Positions 1-11,136 are shown, numbered from the stretch's first letter. The stretch is DNA of 64,000 bases from Candidatus Latescibacterota bacterium (GCA_965226795.1 CBDDDZ010000005.1:1024001-1088000), one strand, 5' to 3'. The notes: a model not told the origin generated them from the letters alone. Numbers and translations are program-made.

Positions 1-514
1 ACATGGCCGCCGAATTGACGACGTCGAACTCGCTGTTGAGATCGTAGAGTCCGAATTTCAGATTCAGCCCATCCGTAAAGGGATGTTGATACCAGAATTC
101 GTACAGTCGGAAAGCCTGCTCCGCGTCGATATTGGAAACGACCTGCGTGTCGCCGGAATAACGGTCCGAAAACGTCGACGGGTTGTTCCAGAGCAGATAG
201 GCGAATATCGATCCGCATTTCGGAACCAGAACCCGCCCCAGGTCCAATGTGATCATTGCATCGATGTTCTGCAGATAGGCGGAGCCGTTCCTGATCCCCC
301 CGGAGGCGTTGTGGAAAAAATCCCCGATGTACCCGAATTCCGTAGTGACAGCCTCGGAATCGCCCTTTGGCTCCGCGGCTGCGGGGTCCGGTGCGGCGGA
401 GCCGATCAGCAGCGTGCAGAATACAACACGCCGAAATCTGAACGTGGGTCCGTCTCTGAATATTCCCGATCCGGCTCTCACACTGGCGATGAATCTTCGC
501 AGGATCGTAATCAT
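1..514 (-). CDS. Carbohydrate-selective porin, OprB family (5' part; runs off the window edge)
   Basis: Manual translation from ATG at 514, open to the edge: ...EFGYIGDFFHNASGGIRNGSAYLQNID...GDTQVVSNIDAEQAFRLYEFWYQHPF...LKFGLYDLNSEF, which resembles OprB porins. Missing from the ORF track because it has no stop in the window. Confidence 0.8.
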   Translation of the reverse strand, partial: MITILRRFIASVRAGSGIFRDGPTFRFRRVVFCTLLIGSAAPDPAAAEPKGDSEAVTTEFGYIGDFFHNASGGIRNGSAYLQNIDAMITLDLGRVLVPKCGSIFAYLLWNNPSTFSDRYSGDTQVVSNIDAEQAFRLYEFWYQHPFTDGLNLKFGLYDLNSEFDVVNSAAM

Positions 515-637
515 AGGCGTACTCTTCGGTTGATGCCCGTTAAGGGTGTACAGTTGTTTCCAGGGTTATGGTTTAGCTGCGTTTTTCAGGTCCGGCGCCC
601 GCCGATGTCTTCGCGACCGGTCGTAGAGCTGCTCTTC

Positions 638-1552
638 TTAGAATGTGAGTACGAATGTCTGCGAGCTGTATCCGGCGAAGATACCGTACCCGTTCTCGAC
701 GTTGCTGTAAATCCTGACTGGTTCGGCAAAGGGGTTGTCGACCGTAGTTTCGTGGAGAAGGGCGCTCTTAAGGTGTCTGTAATAATTCTCACTTACGTGG
801 CGGACCTGGAGCCACATTACGCGCTCCAGGCTTGCCTCAACCGCAAGGTCAACGGACGATACCTCAATTTCGTGCGATTCACCGTCGAACAGGGCATCGC
901 TGAAAAACGGCTCGGAACCTGTGAACGGCTCAACGCCCTCGGTGACGGGATCTTCAATCCGGTTGTCGGCGATGATGGATGGATCTCTTGTGGAAAAATG
1001 CAGGTCGCGTCTTCCCGATCGGCCGGGAGCAATGACGCGAATCTGATATCGGTTTTCCTCACCGGGTGGATCCTGAATTTGAAGAGTGATCCGGAATTCG
1101 GTGACCGTCGAAACGCCGGGTTCCCCGGGAACAGGATCGGAGGTCTCCACGCGATACGATTCGATGGCAGTCGGTGCGGGTGGGGGTGCGCTGTCAGTCG
1201 CATGGACGGTCTCAAAGCCCGGTGCTGACACCTGCAACGAGTATGACCTGCCCGCTTGCAGGAATTTTTCGCTTGCATACACCCTTTCCCGGTCGAGAAA
1301 GGTCAACCGATCGATGATCTGGCCATCTGAAAGCAGTTCCACACTGGCGCCGCTGACCAATCGCTCGGGTCCGGGCGAGGGGTCCAGAATGCCTACGGAC
1401 CGACTGACGGATGCCGCCCATCCTCCGTCCGGAGTGAAGAAGGCCTTTATCACCAGTCGAGGCGTGTGTTCAGGCAAATCCGGGTTGATGATTAACTCGC
1501 ATCCTGAGAACGCGAGGACGAGAATCGAGACGCTGAAGAATGTGTTCTTCAT
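638..1552 (-). CDS. DUF4249-like outer-membrane lipoprotein
   Basis: Lipobox (LAFSGC); C-terminal YSNVENGYGIFAG motif; lies directly downstream of a TonB-dependent receptor, a common pairing. Confidence 0.8.
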   Translation of the reverse strand: MKNTFFSVSILVLAFSGCELIINPDLPEHTPRLVIKAFFTPDGGWAASVSRSVGILDPSPGPERLVSGASVELLSDGQIIDRLTFLDRERVYASEKFLQAGRSYSLQVSAPGFETVHATDSAPPPAPTAIESYRVETSDPVPGEPGVSTVTEFRITLQIQDPPGEENRYQIRVIAPGRSGRRDLHFSTRDPSIIADNRIEDPVTEGVEPFTGSEPFFSDALFDGESHEIEVSSVDLAVEASLERVMWLQVRHVSENYYRHLKSALLHETTVDNPFAEPVRIYSNVENGYGIFAGYSSQTFVLTF

Positions 1553-1568
1553 GGCTGGACCTCGACGA

Positions 1569-4073
1569 TCAGTACTTGAACCGGTAGCTGAGCCAGGGGA
1601 GAAGCGGGAACAGGGTCACCTGTTTGGCCTGGTACTCTCTGGAAACGCCAGAAGGATCGAAATGGTCCTCAAAGTAAATGAAATAGGGGTTTTTCCGATT
1701 GTAGGCATTGTAGATCCCCACACGAAATCCGTGCCGTTGCCAGTCGAAGTTGAACCCGAAATCAAAGCGGTGGTAGGCCGCCATGCGGAAGCCGTTGCGT
1801 TCTTCGTAGATCCTGGTTTCAAAGGGCAGCACGCGAGGGGTCCAGAGTTCGTGTCCCCCTATCGATCCCCTGACGTACTCATCATAGTAACGCGCGACGG
1901 GTATGGTAATCGCATTGCCGGTTCCGTACACCCAGTTCAGCGAGGCATTGGTGATTCGCGTGAGTTGATGGGTCAAGACCAGCGCCACGTCGTGACGGCG
2001 GTCGTAGCGAAAGGGGAATTCCCGTCCCTCATTCAGTTCGGCGAAACGGCGCCTGGTCCATGAAAGCGTATACCCGATCCAGCCCGTTGTGCGGCCGCGC
2101 TTCTTTTGCACGAACGCTTCGACGCCGTAGGACCATCCACGCCCCGTTTCCACCTTGTCCTGCCAGTCCTGGTGGTCGCCGAACCCTGCCAGAAAGGTCG
2201 CGCCTTCCCGGTACTCGATCAGGTCGGTCATGGTCTTGTGATAGGCCTCCAGGCTGAATTCGTACTGTCCCTGCTTCAACGCTCCCGCCAGGCCGAGGCC
2301 GAACTGCCGCGACCCCTCGGGACGCGCGCGATCGGTGGCCGGCAGCCAAAGGTCGGTGGGGAGACCGATGGTGCTGTTGGAGAGCAGATGGATATACTGG
2401 CGCATCCGAGCATAGGACGCTTTAAGGGCCCATCGCGGGTTCATAAGGAAACGTGTCGAAACCCTGGGCTGCAAGGATCCGAAGTGCGAGCCGTCCACAG
2501 TGAAGCCGGAGGCGTGCAGCCCCACGTTGGCTCTCACGCGTTGGGAGAGGCGGACGTCGTCCTCCAGGTAAAGTCCGTACTCCATTGCATCCGTCGCCTG
2601 GGAAGCGCCAAGGGTTGTATCCTCCGGAGCGCCGCTGGCGGGATTGAACCTGTACTGCGCCGCTCCGGGACTGTAGGTGTGATACGTGCTGGTGCCTCCA
2701 AAGCGGAGATAATGATCGGGATTGGGTATGTAGTCGAGATCCAGTTTCAGGCCGAAGTCCCGGATGCCTGAGTGGTAGCGTAGGCTGAGGGTCTCGGTCT
2801 CGTGGACGTCCTCGTCGCTTGTCGTGGACCGATCGTCGATATCTGAGGAAAGCTGATAGCGGCTGTAGATCGCTGTCAGGTTGCCGAAAAGGCGGTTGGT
2901 AAAGAGGATGTTCCAACGCAGCGTGGAAGTGAAGTTGCCCCATCCGAGTTCTGCCGACGTCGCTTCTTCGCTTTGGAAGTCGCCGGATGTGTATTCGTTT
3001 CGCATATCGCTCCAGAATCGGTCGTTCCCGCCGTAGAAGCTGAGGAAAACGCGGCTTCTCTGCGATATCTTGTGGTTGACTTTCGCGTTAAGATCGTAGA
3101 AATAGTAGCCGCCCCGCTCGTCCGGGTTGAGAAAGGGGCGGATCAGCAGATCGACATACGTCCGTCGCGCCGAAACGATGAACGAGGTCCGGTCCTTGCG
3201 TATCGGCCCCTGCAGGGTCAACTGAGAAGCCACCAGCCCGATGGAGCCGTCGACTTCGAACGATTGCATGTTGCCGTCCTTCATGGCAACCTCCAGAACG
3301 GAAGAGAGGCGCCCCCCGAACCGCGCGGGAAATCCGGCCTTTGTAAGTTGTACGTTCTTGACTGCGCTGGTGTTGAAGACAGAGAAAAAGCCGAAGAGGT
3401 GGGAGGCGTTGTAGACCGGGGCGTCGTCGAGCAGGATAAGGTTTTGATCCGGGCCGCCGCCCCGAACGTAAAGGCCGCTCATACCCTCCGAGCCGGATTG
3501 AACCCCCGGAAGAAGCTGCAGGGTCTTCATCAGGTCAACTTCGCCCATGAGGACGGGTGCGTTCTCGATCTGGCTGACGGGTACTTCGACAACGCCCATC
3601 CGGGTCTGTTCCTGGATCGGGTCCAGCCGCTCGGCCTGTATCTCTACCGTCTTCATTTCAAAGGGGAGGGGCTGGAGGGCGAAATTCAAGTGAAGGTTGC
3701 GGTCTGGGCGGATTGCCAGGGTATCGCTCCGAAACCCGATGTACGAAACCACAATCCGGAGCGAATCCGCCGGCAGGGTCAGACTGAAGAAACCGTAGCG
3801 ATTCGTCGTGGCGCCCTGCCGCAGGGTGGGTTCGTACAATGAGGCGCCAATGAGCTTCTCGCCGTTTGAGGCATCTGAGACGTACCCGCTGATCGTGTAT
3901 TCCGTGCGAGGTTGCGCGTGGGCGTCGAATGCTAAACCGAGCAAGAGGATCGGCACACATCCGCGAAGAGACGGGAGAAACGCCCTAACCACGGAAATAG
4001 CGGCAATATTCGCGGAAGAAAATCGTAAGATGAAGTTTATCCGGAGGAATTTCTGGACAGTCGCGCGGTTCAT
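1569..4073 (-). CDS. TonB-dependent receptor with N-terminal carboxypeptidase-regulatory-like domain
   Basis: TISGYVSDASNGEKLIGAS, plug LQLLPGVQ...VRGGGPDQNLILLD, FPARFGGRLSSV, C-terminal aromatic YRFKY. Start codon uncertain. Confidence 0.92.
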   Translation of the reverse strand: MNRATVQKFLRINFILRFSSANIAAISVVRAFLPSLRGCVPILLLGLAFDAHAQPRTEYTISGYVSDASNGEKLIGASLYEPTLRQGATTNRYGFFSLTLPADSLRIVVSYIGFRSDTLAIRPDRNLHLNFALQPLPFEMKTVEIQAERLDPIQEQTRMGVVEVPVSQIENAPVLMGEVDLMKTLQLLPGVQSGSEGMSGLYVRGGGPDQNLILLDDAPVYNASHLFGFFSVFNTSAVKNVQLTKAGFPARFGGRLSSVLEVAMKDGNMQSFEVDGSIGLVASQLTLQGPIRKDRTSFIVSARRTYVDLLIRPFLNPDERGGYYFYDLNAKVNHKISQRSRVFLSFYGGNDRFWSDMRNEYTSGDFQSEEATSAELGWGNFTSTLRWNILFTNRLFGNLTAIYSRYQLSSDIDDRSTTSDEDVHETETLSLRYHSGIRDFGLKLDLDYIPNPDHYLRFGGTSTYHTYSPGAAQYRFNPASGAPEDTTLGASQATDAMEYGLYLEDDVRLSQRVRANVGLHASGFTVDGSHFGSLQPRVSTRFLMNPRWALKASYARMRQYIHLLSNSTIGLPTDLWLPATDRARPEGSRQFGLGLAGALKQGQYEFSLEAYHKTMTDLIEYREGATFLAGFGDHQDWQDKVETGRGWSYGVEAFVQKKRGRTTGWIGYTLSWTRRRFAELNEGREFPFRYDRRHDVALVLTHQLTRITNASLNWVYGTGNAITIPVARYYDEYVRGSIGGHELWTPRVLPFETRIYEERNGFRMAAYHRFDFGFNFDWQRHGFRVGIYNAYNRKNPYFIYFEDHFDPSGVSREYQAKQVTLFPLLPWLSYRFKY

Positions 4074-4196
4074 TGCACTCAATTAGGATTGAAGCTTCCG
4101 CCTCTATAATGGTAGGGACCGAAGCGTAGGTGCGATTGCGCTTGACGATGATTTCGCGCAATCGAATGGAAGTTTTGGCCGCGGGCGGGGGTGCCC

Positions 4197-5204
4197 TCAA
4201 ACAATCCACACCTGCTCCAACAGGCGCATCCAGTTGCCGCCAAGCAGCATTGTAATCTCACCGGCGTTGTAGCCCCGGTTGGCGAGCGCATCCGCGATGT
4301 TCGGGAACTCCGACGGCGTGGCGATGCCCTCGGGCTGGAAGCTGAGTTCGGTGTACGGGATCGAGCCGTCCGCGAACGTGGACGGGAACTTGGTTCCCTG
4401 TTGGGATCCGAGATAGTGCCAGAATTCGAGGGGTTGGTCGTGGGTGGCATCCGTGCCGATGGCGACGTGGTCGAGGCCGACCCGCTCTACCATATCGTCG
4501 ATCGCGTCGACGAAATCGTCAACGGTGGAATCGAACCCGCGGGGAAGAAAGGGCGCGAACGACGTCGCGCCCACGACACCCCCTTTTTCGGCCAGGCGTT
4601 TCAGCGCTTCATCTTCCTTGTTTCGCGGATGGTCGCAGAAACTGCGGGCGTTGGCGTGGGTGATGGCGACTGGTTGTTCGGACATTTCAATCGCGTCCAG
4701 CGTTGTCCGGGGACCCACGTGCGACAGATCGATGAGTATGCCGAGGCTGTTCATCTCACGCACGGCATCGACGCCGAAATTGCTGAGACCGGCATCATTT
4801 CGTTCCCAGCAACCGCTGCCCAGAAGGTTGGTCTCGTGGTAGGTGAGTTGGATCACCCGCACCCCGAGCGCGAGGAACAGGCCCAGGCGATCCAGTTCGT
4901 TTTCGATCGGCGAGGCGTTCTGGAATCCGAGAATAATCCCTGTCTTGCCCTGCTGCTTGGCCGAATAAATGTCGGATGTCGATTTCACCTGCAGGATGTC
5001 GTCGCGCTCCCGGAACCGTCGCATCCATGCCGTGAGATGAGCCATGGTCTGTATGAAGTTCTGCCACGTGGACACGGTGGCGTTTATTGCCGTGAAATTG
5101 CCGGCGCGAAATTGCCGGAACACGGCATCGCTTTCCCAGTTGCAGATGGTTAACCCGTCGATCACAATTGCGTCGTCGTAGATTTCCCTCGGATGCGCTG
5201 CCAC
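4197..5204 (-). CDS. Membrane dipeptidase family protein (peptidase M19)
   Basis: IVIDG, GFQN, IDLSH, ITHANARSFCDHPRNK, HVAIGTD, LLGGNWMRLL motifs. Confidence 0.9.
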   Translation of the reverse strand: MAAHPREIYDDAIVIDGLTICNWESDAVFRQFRAGNFTAINATVSTWQNFIQTMAHLTAWMRRFRERDDILQVKSTSDIYSAKQQGKTGIILGFQNASPIENELDRLGLFLALGVRVIQLTYHETNLLGSGCWERNDAGLSNFGVDAVREMNSLGILIDLSHVGPRTTLDAIEMSEQPVAITHANARSFCDHPRNKEDEALKRLAEKGGVVGATSFAPFLPRGFDSTVDDFVDAIDDMVERVGLDHVAIGTDATHDQPLEFWHYLGSQQGTKFPSTFADGSIPYTELSFQPEGIATPSEFPNIADALANRGYNAGEITMLLGGNWMRLLEQVWIV

Positions 5205-5216
5205 AAGATGACCCCC

Positions 5217-6347
5217 TTACTCGAAGCGTTTTCCAATCCTGAACAGATCGCCCAGCGGGTTCTCACGGTCTTCAAGCGCATCGGCGATCACGGGACCGAT
5301 GGCGCCGCCGAATTTGAATCCATGGCCGCATCCGCAGCCCGCAATCAACACCCGCTTATATCCCTGGGCCCAGTCGATGACGAACTCCTCGTCCGCCATA
5401 TTGGCCATGTTGGTATAGAGGCAGGATCGGCCGCCAACCAGTTGCGCAGCACTCAGGCCCGGGATGCGACAGGCGACGAATTCCCGGGCCCACGCCAGAA
5501 ACTTGGGGGTCGGTTCACGCGGGACGTCCACCGCGGCATCGTCCCATTTGCTGTCTTCCGCCACCTTCACGAACCCCTCGTGCAGATATGGGAACCCATA
5601 CCAGAGGTTGCCGGGTGAAAGGATAGACCATACCGGGAAACGGGTCCGTTCGAACGGCGCTGGATCATCCGGCGCGAAGAAAGCCATTTGTTGCCGCGTG
5701 ATTCGCACCCGTTTCTCCATGGCCGACAGGAGTTCGGCCACCCATGGGCCGGCCGCTACGACGGCGCGGTCGCAGTCCTGCCATTCCGCGTCCGATCGGA
5801 CTCTGGCGCCCGTTGGCGTCTCTTCCACTGCGGTGACTCGGGTGTTCTCGCGGATGGTCACTCCCGCGTCGCGCGCCAGCGTCGCCAGATCCTCCAGCGC
5901 CTGGCCGCTGCGCAGGTAGCCGGCCCAGGGGTCGAAGAAAATCCGGTCCTGGTCGCTTACCCTAAACTGAGGAAATCGCTCGCCCGCCTGGCTGGCCGTG
6001 AGCTCATAGACGTCTTTTCCCATCCGGCTCAGTGTCTCCCAGCCCGCGTGGGCTTCGTGGTCCGATTCCAGGTCGCGCGCCACGATCAGCTTGCCGTGCT
6101 GGAAGTAAATCGACTGGCTCGTACGGTTGTGCCACTCACGCCATTGTGCCGCAGCTCGCGTTACGAGTTCCACGTATGTCTCATTCGGGTAGTTCGTGCG
6201 GCGAATCACTTTGGATACATCCGAGCTGGACGCCTCCGGGTTGGGGATTTCACCGCGTTCGATCAGCGTTACGTCGTGGCCCCGGTTTCGCAACTCCAGC
6301 GCCGCAGCCATACCAAATATTCCGGCGCCGACAATGCAGATCTTCAT
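5217..6347 (-). CDS. FAD-dependent oxidoreductase (monomeric sarcosine oxidase / fructosyl-amine oxidase-like)
   Basis: MKICIVGAGIFG Rossmann motif, ASSSDVSKVIR, CLYT, GCGHGFKF. Confidence 0.85.
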   Translation of the reverse strand: MKICIVGAGIFGMAAALELRNRGHDVTLIERGEIPNPEASSSDVSKVIRRTNYPNETYVELVTRAAAQWREWHNRTSQSIYFQHGKLIVARDLESDHEAHAGWETLSRMGKDVYELTASQAGERFPQFRVSDQDRIFFDPWAGYLRSGQALEDLATLARDAGVTIRENTRVTAVEETPTGARVRSDAEWQDCDRAVVAAGPWVAELLSAMEKRVRITRQQMAFFAPDDPAPFERTRFPVWSILSPGNLWYGFPYLHEGFVKVAEDSKWDDAAVDVPREPTPKFLAWAREFVACRIPGLSAAQLVGGRSCLYTNMANMADEEFVIDWAQGYKRVLIAGCGCGHGFKFGGAIGPVIADALEDRENPLGDLFRIGKRFE

Positions 6348-6569
6348 GAAGCGCTCAAAGGTGGAGGGTGATGTTTTTCGTGCGCCCACACAAGTAGGCT
6401 GCGATGCCGCAGCCCTCTTAACGCGAAGGCTCAGGGGTCGCAACTCGCTCCAGACCAGTTGACGAGATTGCGTATGGATTGTTTAATGGCCACGTTCGGG
6501 AGCTTCAGAAATGTAGCGAGGACAGGTTCAGCGACGATTCGCCCATCGCGATGCAGCACCGCTAATCGA

Positions 6570-7448
6570 TCACACATCTACGCCCGACCGCAGCAGCAAA
6601 TCCGGTATCATGTCGGTAAACTCATCCTGTCCCCGGTCACCCCCATCCCGGAACCGGACGATGAGGTCTCTGACCAGCGGACTGACCTCCAGCGGTACCT
6701 CGAGTTCTGACCCAATCTCAACCCCCAGACGCATATCCTTCACCGCCAGATCAGTGGTTGAGCCCATTTGACCGCTGTTCAAGAACAGCGAAAGGGTGCG
6801 TTCAAACACCCTGCTTTGCCCCATACTCGCCTTAACCGCATCCAGCAACAGTTGCAGATCGATCCCGGCCTTGGCACTTATCGCCACGCCCTCGCACACA
6901 CCGATGAAGTTGACGAACATCATCAGGTTGTTGATCAGCTTAATCACATTCCCGGATCCGGCGGGTCCCATGTGGACGATCTTGTTGCCGATAGTCTCCA
7001 ACACCGGCTGCACCCGCTCCAGATCCTCCGCATCACCACCCACAAATAGCGTGAGCGTAGCATCCTGCGCGCCAAAGATGCCACCGCTGACCGGCGCGTC
7101 GAGAACGTGCAAGCCCCGTTCCGCTCCGAGCGCGAAAATGCGGCGCATCGCGGACGGTGCGATGGTGCTGGTGTCGACATAGGTCGATCCCTCGGCCAGA
7201 CCAGCAAACACCCCGTCGTCACCCAACACTACCTGCTCGACCGCCTCGGTGCTGGGCAAGGAGGATAACACCACTTCGGATCGAACCGCCACCGCCTTCG
7301 CGTTTTCAGCCCAGGTCGCGCCCGCCGCCTCGAGGTCGTGGCCAGTCTGACGCCGGGTATCATGGATGGTCAAGGGGTGCTCGGCATCCAGGATATTGGC
7401 CGCCATCGGCTGTCCCATATTACCCAGACCAATGAACCCGACTCTCAT
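6570..7448 (-). CDS. NAD(P)-dependent beta-hydroxyacid dehydrogenase (3-hydroxyisobutyrate/tartronate semialdehyde reductase family)
   Basis: VGFIGLGNMG, DAPVSGG, KLINN, KDMRL motifs. Confidence 0.9.
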   Translation of the reverse strand: MRVGFIGLGNMGQPMAANILDAEHPLTIHDTRRQTGHDLEAAGATWAENAKAVAVRSEVVLSSLPSTEAVEQVVLGDDGVFAGLAEGSTYVDTSTIAPSAMRRIFALGAERGLHVLDAPVSGGIFGAQDATLTLFVGGDAEDLERVQPVLETIGNKIVHMGPAGSGNVIKLINNLMMFVNFIGVCEGVAISAKAGIDLQLLLDAVKASMGQSRVFERTLSLFLNSGQMGSTTDLAVKDMRLGVEIGSELEVPLEVSPLVRDLIVRFRDGGDRGQDEFTDMIPDLLLRSGVDV

Positions 7449-7466
7449 GTGAGTCCCTTTTCGAAG

Positions 7467-7856
7467 CTAGCGCTGTTCTTCATGGGTGTCAAATTTGGCC
7501 GGCATGGTGATTTCGATCACTTCCCAATCATCGGAGTATTCGAGAACTTCATGCCTGATACCGGGTGGCTGATACCACGCGTCACCCGCTTCGACCCGAA
7601 TCTCGCCGATGTCCTCGAAGTAGAGGCGGGCCCACCCGTTGATCAGATAGACCATCTGAAAATCCAGATCGTGTGAGTGATAGCCCAACGGTCCGGTACA
7701 TGGTTGCCGGGCGCGGATGATGTGGGCCAGAACTCTTCCCTCCGTGGCGTCCTTGATACCCAGATCCCGATAGGTAAAATAGGGACGCAACCCCTCCTGC
7801 GTCCAGAGGGCATCTTTGGCGTGTGCGGCGAACGACTTGACCTTTTTCTTAGACAT
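7467..7856 (-). CDS. Cupin domain protein
   Basis: HSHDLDFQMVY...GDAWYQPPGIRHEV cupin motifs; RBS CAGGAG upstream. Confidence 0.85.
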   Translation of the reverse strand: MSKKKVKSFAAHAKDALWTQEGLRPYFTYRDLGIKDATEGRVLAHIIRARQPCTGPLGYHSHDLDFQMVYLINGWARLYFEDIGEIRVEAGDAWYQPPGIRHEVLEYSDDWEVIEITMPAKFDTHEEQR

Positions 7857-8220
7857 AGTACAACTCCTGTGTTGCAGGGGATGCCAATGGTTGATGGCGG
7901 AACAAACTCGTCGGCGGACCGGCCGAAAGATTGCCTATTAATTGTGCGCCAAACCCGCCCGGTGTGCAAGTCATTTCTACGAGTGGCGCCGGTGGCGATC
8001 TCACCGGAACATGCTGCCTGCTTTCGATGAGGTGTCCCGGTGGACGGACCCAGGAGCCCGCCAGCGAGCGGGCGCTGCGTTCATCGGGGAATCCTTGCGG
8101 ACGCCACACCGGCCGGGGTTTGTCTTTCGCCTACCGGCGCGAGACTTGACGGCCGTCGGCCGCTGCATATATTGAGGCCATCGAAATTCGCCCTTTGTCG
8201 ATCGAAAGGATCTGATATAG

Positions 8221-9374
8221 GTGCCGATCCTATGAACATATCCTGACAAATCTGACCCCACTTCAATCGAACCCGGCCAGCCGCTTTTCCTCGTGGGATA
8301 CCAGCGGGCGAAACGACGACGCCTGGATCCTGGAGCCGGGCGAGACCCGCGTTTTGACCGCTATCGACGGCCCCGCCTGCATTACCCCGTTTTTGAATGA
8401 CCCAGCGCAACCACTACCGCGAATGCCTGTTGAAGATCACCTACGACGGCGCCGACGACCCCAGCGTCTGCGCCCGCTAGGCGGCTTCTTCGGTCTGGGC
8501 CGCGCCATTCTCAACGCCTACCAGTCGCTGCTGTTCACCGCGTCAACGAACAGCAACAATGAACTCAAAAGCGGCTGCGCTTTCAACGCCTACGTCCGCA
8601 TGCCCTTTCCCGAGGGCGTCCGCGTAGAGCTGGTGAACGAAATCGAGGAGCAGCATCGGCAGTACTTCTACGTGGATTGGGAAACCTGCCCCGATGGCCT
8701 GCCCGCAGACACATGGTATTTTCACGCCGAATTTCGTCGTGAGAACCCCTTTTGTGGCTGGGGGCGCGAAATCCGCGTGAACGGTCCCGAAGCCAATATT
8801 GTCAACAAGGGCCGGGAAGCCTGGGACAACAACTACGTCATCCTGGATGCCGAAGGGAGCGGGCACTATATCGGCTGCGACATCAGCGTGACCAAATTTC
8901 AGGTGTAATGGTGGGGTGAGGGCGACGATATGACCTGGGTGGACGGATACAGGTGACCCCCCGACCTCCACGGCACGGGCAGCGAGGACTATCTGAACCT
9001 GGCCTGGGGTATGTAACCCAACCCATTCTTACGCAATGGCTCCTCCATCTACGAGCGAGATACCGGCGGCTATAAAACCAGTTACGTTCACTATCTGGAG
9101 AATCCCGTGCGCTTCGAGCGCGAGATCAAGGTCACCATCGAGCACGGCCATGGAAACCACCTGTGCAACGAAAATAACCGCGTGGCCTAATGGTACGCCG
9201 ACTGCCCCCGCCGCGCGGTGCAGCCGCCTCCCGTCGCCCTGCGCCTGCCCGTCCGGCGGGACAACCGGGGCCGCTGGCTGCACGTCGCGCAGACCCGGAC
9301 TACGTCTCGTGCAATTCAGCCGAATGCCGAAATGGACGCCTGCAAAGCCCGATGGAAACAGTACAATTTATTAG
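8221..9374 (+). pseudogene. Degraded DUF2961 / GH172-like glycoside hydrolase
   Basis: Segments SSWDTSGRNDDAWILEPGET, WWGEGDD, HGTGSEDY, ENPVRFEREIKVTIEHGHGN, interrupted by frameshifts (~8390-8480) and in-frame stops at 8906, 8954, 9014 and 9188. Confidence 0.8.
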
Positions 9375-9487
9375 GTTCCGCTTAACGAGCGTCCGATCCG
9401 CGTGGTGTACGTGGGGAGCGCCGATCATCGCAGGTGCCATACTACGTGGCGCGCCCCAAGGAAGGGGACCAGGAGAATAGCAAGCCT

Positions 9488-10232
9488 ATGCGAAGGCACC
9501 GGGCGCCGCTTCACCCTTCCACGGGGCTTTGCCGTGCGTTGCGGGAGGGTCTGCGGCGGCGAGCTGACCCGGCGAAGGCGCCGGAAATGCAGGCGTATAT
9601 GAAGTCGGAGATGCCCTATCTCGGGGTGCAGGCGCCTGCGCTGCGAGCGGTCTGCCGCGAGGTCTTTGGCGCACATCCGCTGGAGACATACAGGCGATGG
9701 CGCCGCGACGCCGTAATGGCGATCTGGAGACGCGCGGACTACCGCGAAGAGTGTTACGCGGCAATCCGACCTGTCTGGTTACCGCCAGTGTCGCGAATTC
9801 CAGACCTTGGAAAACTTCCCATGTTACGAGGAGATGGTGACCGACGGTGCGTGGTGGGACTATGTCGACGCCATTGCGGGGCGCCTTTTGGGCGGATTGC
9901 TCGCCCGGTATCCCCGGGAGATGAAAACACACATGCTCGATTGGGCGCGGTCGCCCGACATTTGGAAACGCCGTACGGCCATCCTCTGCCAGTTGAGCTT
10001 CAAGGACGCGACCGACACCCGGCTGCTCCACGCGTGTATCGAGCCGTCCCTCGGACACCCCGAATTCTTCCTGCGCAAGGCGATCGAGTGGGCGCTCCGT
10101 CAGCACGCCAGGACCGATCCGGAAGGCGTCATCGCCTACATTACGGAGAACGCGCGACGGATGAGCGCCCTAAGCAAACGCGAGGCGCTTCGCGTCGTCG
10201 TCAAGGCCGGGCTTGTCGACGCTGTGCCGTGA
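9488..10232 (+). pseudogene. DNA alkylation repair protein (AlkD-like HEAT repeat), frameshifted
   Basis: N-part MQAYMKSEMPYLGV in one frame; C-part GAWWDYVD...WKRRTAIL...EFFLRKAIEWALRQHA in another; one-base shift near 9767. Confidence 0.75.
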
Positions 10233-10350
10233 ACGCCCGATCCGCTGACATCATCAGGGGACAACGCATCGAGGTGCTTGTGAAGCCCGTTGCCGCCGCC
10301 ATGCTCTACGATGTCGTCCAGTACCCGCACAGGGTCTGGCCGAGTTTCAG

Positions 10351-11136
10351 TCAGGCCGAGGCGCCGGAGTAGTGACGGAGCCCCCATCGCCAGAACATAC
10401 GCGAGGCGATCAGCATACCGGCCGCAATGAGGACGGCGGCCGCGAGGGACTCGGTATCGAGCCGGCCGGTCAATGCCCGGGCGGGGACCGTGATCGCGAA
10501 CGCGACGGGAACGATAAAAGTCAGAATGAAGCGGAGCCAGTGGGGATAGATCCCAATGGGCCAGCGGCCGGCCTGAACCATCGCGTCGAAAATGTTGAGG
10601 ATATTCTCGATCTTGATGTACCAGAATGAAATGGTCGACAGAATCAGGAAAAAGCTGTAGATCGTGGCCGCGCCGCAAAGAAGGACGAGCCCGAAGCTGA
10701 TTGCGTCCACGACGCCGACGGCGATGCCCCTCTTGAAAAGCGCATACGACAGCACGATCCCGCCCAGCGCGAAGTCAGTTGCCTTCCAGATACGAAACTG
10801 GCTGATGCTGATCAGAAACTGCGCATCCGCAGGCTTTGTCAGTGTATAGTCGAGCGTTCCCCGACGGACGTCCGTCATCAATTGCGCCATGCTGGGACGG
10901 ATAACGATAGAAATCGCCCCACCGATTGTGACGAACACGCCGATCAGGGCGAGCAGATCGCAGGATCTCCAATCGCCCAGTGTTTCGGTGTGCAGAAAAA
11001 CCACATAGACCCCGAGAAGCGCCTGTACAAGACTCACCATGGATTGCAGGATCTGGACGTAGAAGTTGACGCGGTAGGCGAGTTCGTTGAGAATGCCGAT
11101 CTTCAGGAACGTCCATATGACAATCAGCTTGTGCAT
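10351..11136 (-). CDS. ABC-2 family transporter permease (DUF990 type)
   Basis: Multi-TM protein; AYRVNF, GTLDYTLTKP, RWPIGIYP, YSGASA; start MHKL at 11136. Confidence 0.88.
   Translation of the reverse strand: MHKLIVIWTFLKIGILNELAYRVNFYVQILQSMVSLVQALLGVYVVFLHTETLGDWRSCDLLALIGVFVTIGGAISIVIRPSMAQLMTDVRRGTLDYTLTKPADAQFLISISQFRIWKATDFALGGIVLSYALFKRGIAVGVVDAISFGLVLLCGAATIYSFFLILSTISFWYIKIENILNIFDAMVQAGRWPIGIYPHWLRFILTFIVPVAFAITVPARALTGRLDTESLAAAVLIAAGMLIASRMFWRWGLRHYSGASA

Noticed and set aside
83..1228. 381-aa plus-strand ORF and many other long antisense ORFs
   Set aside because: Shadow frames of recognisable opposite-strand genes in GC-rich DNA; no motifs.
8906..9190. In-frame stops in the DUF2961 gene as recoding (Sec or alternative code)
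   Set aside because: Mixed TAA and TGA stops plus frameshifts, not at a redox Cys position, no SECIS seen: ordinary decay.
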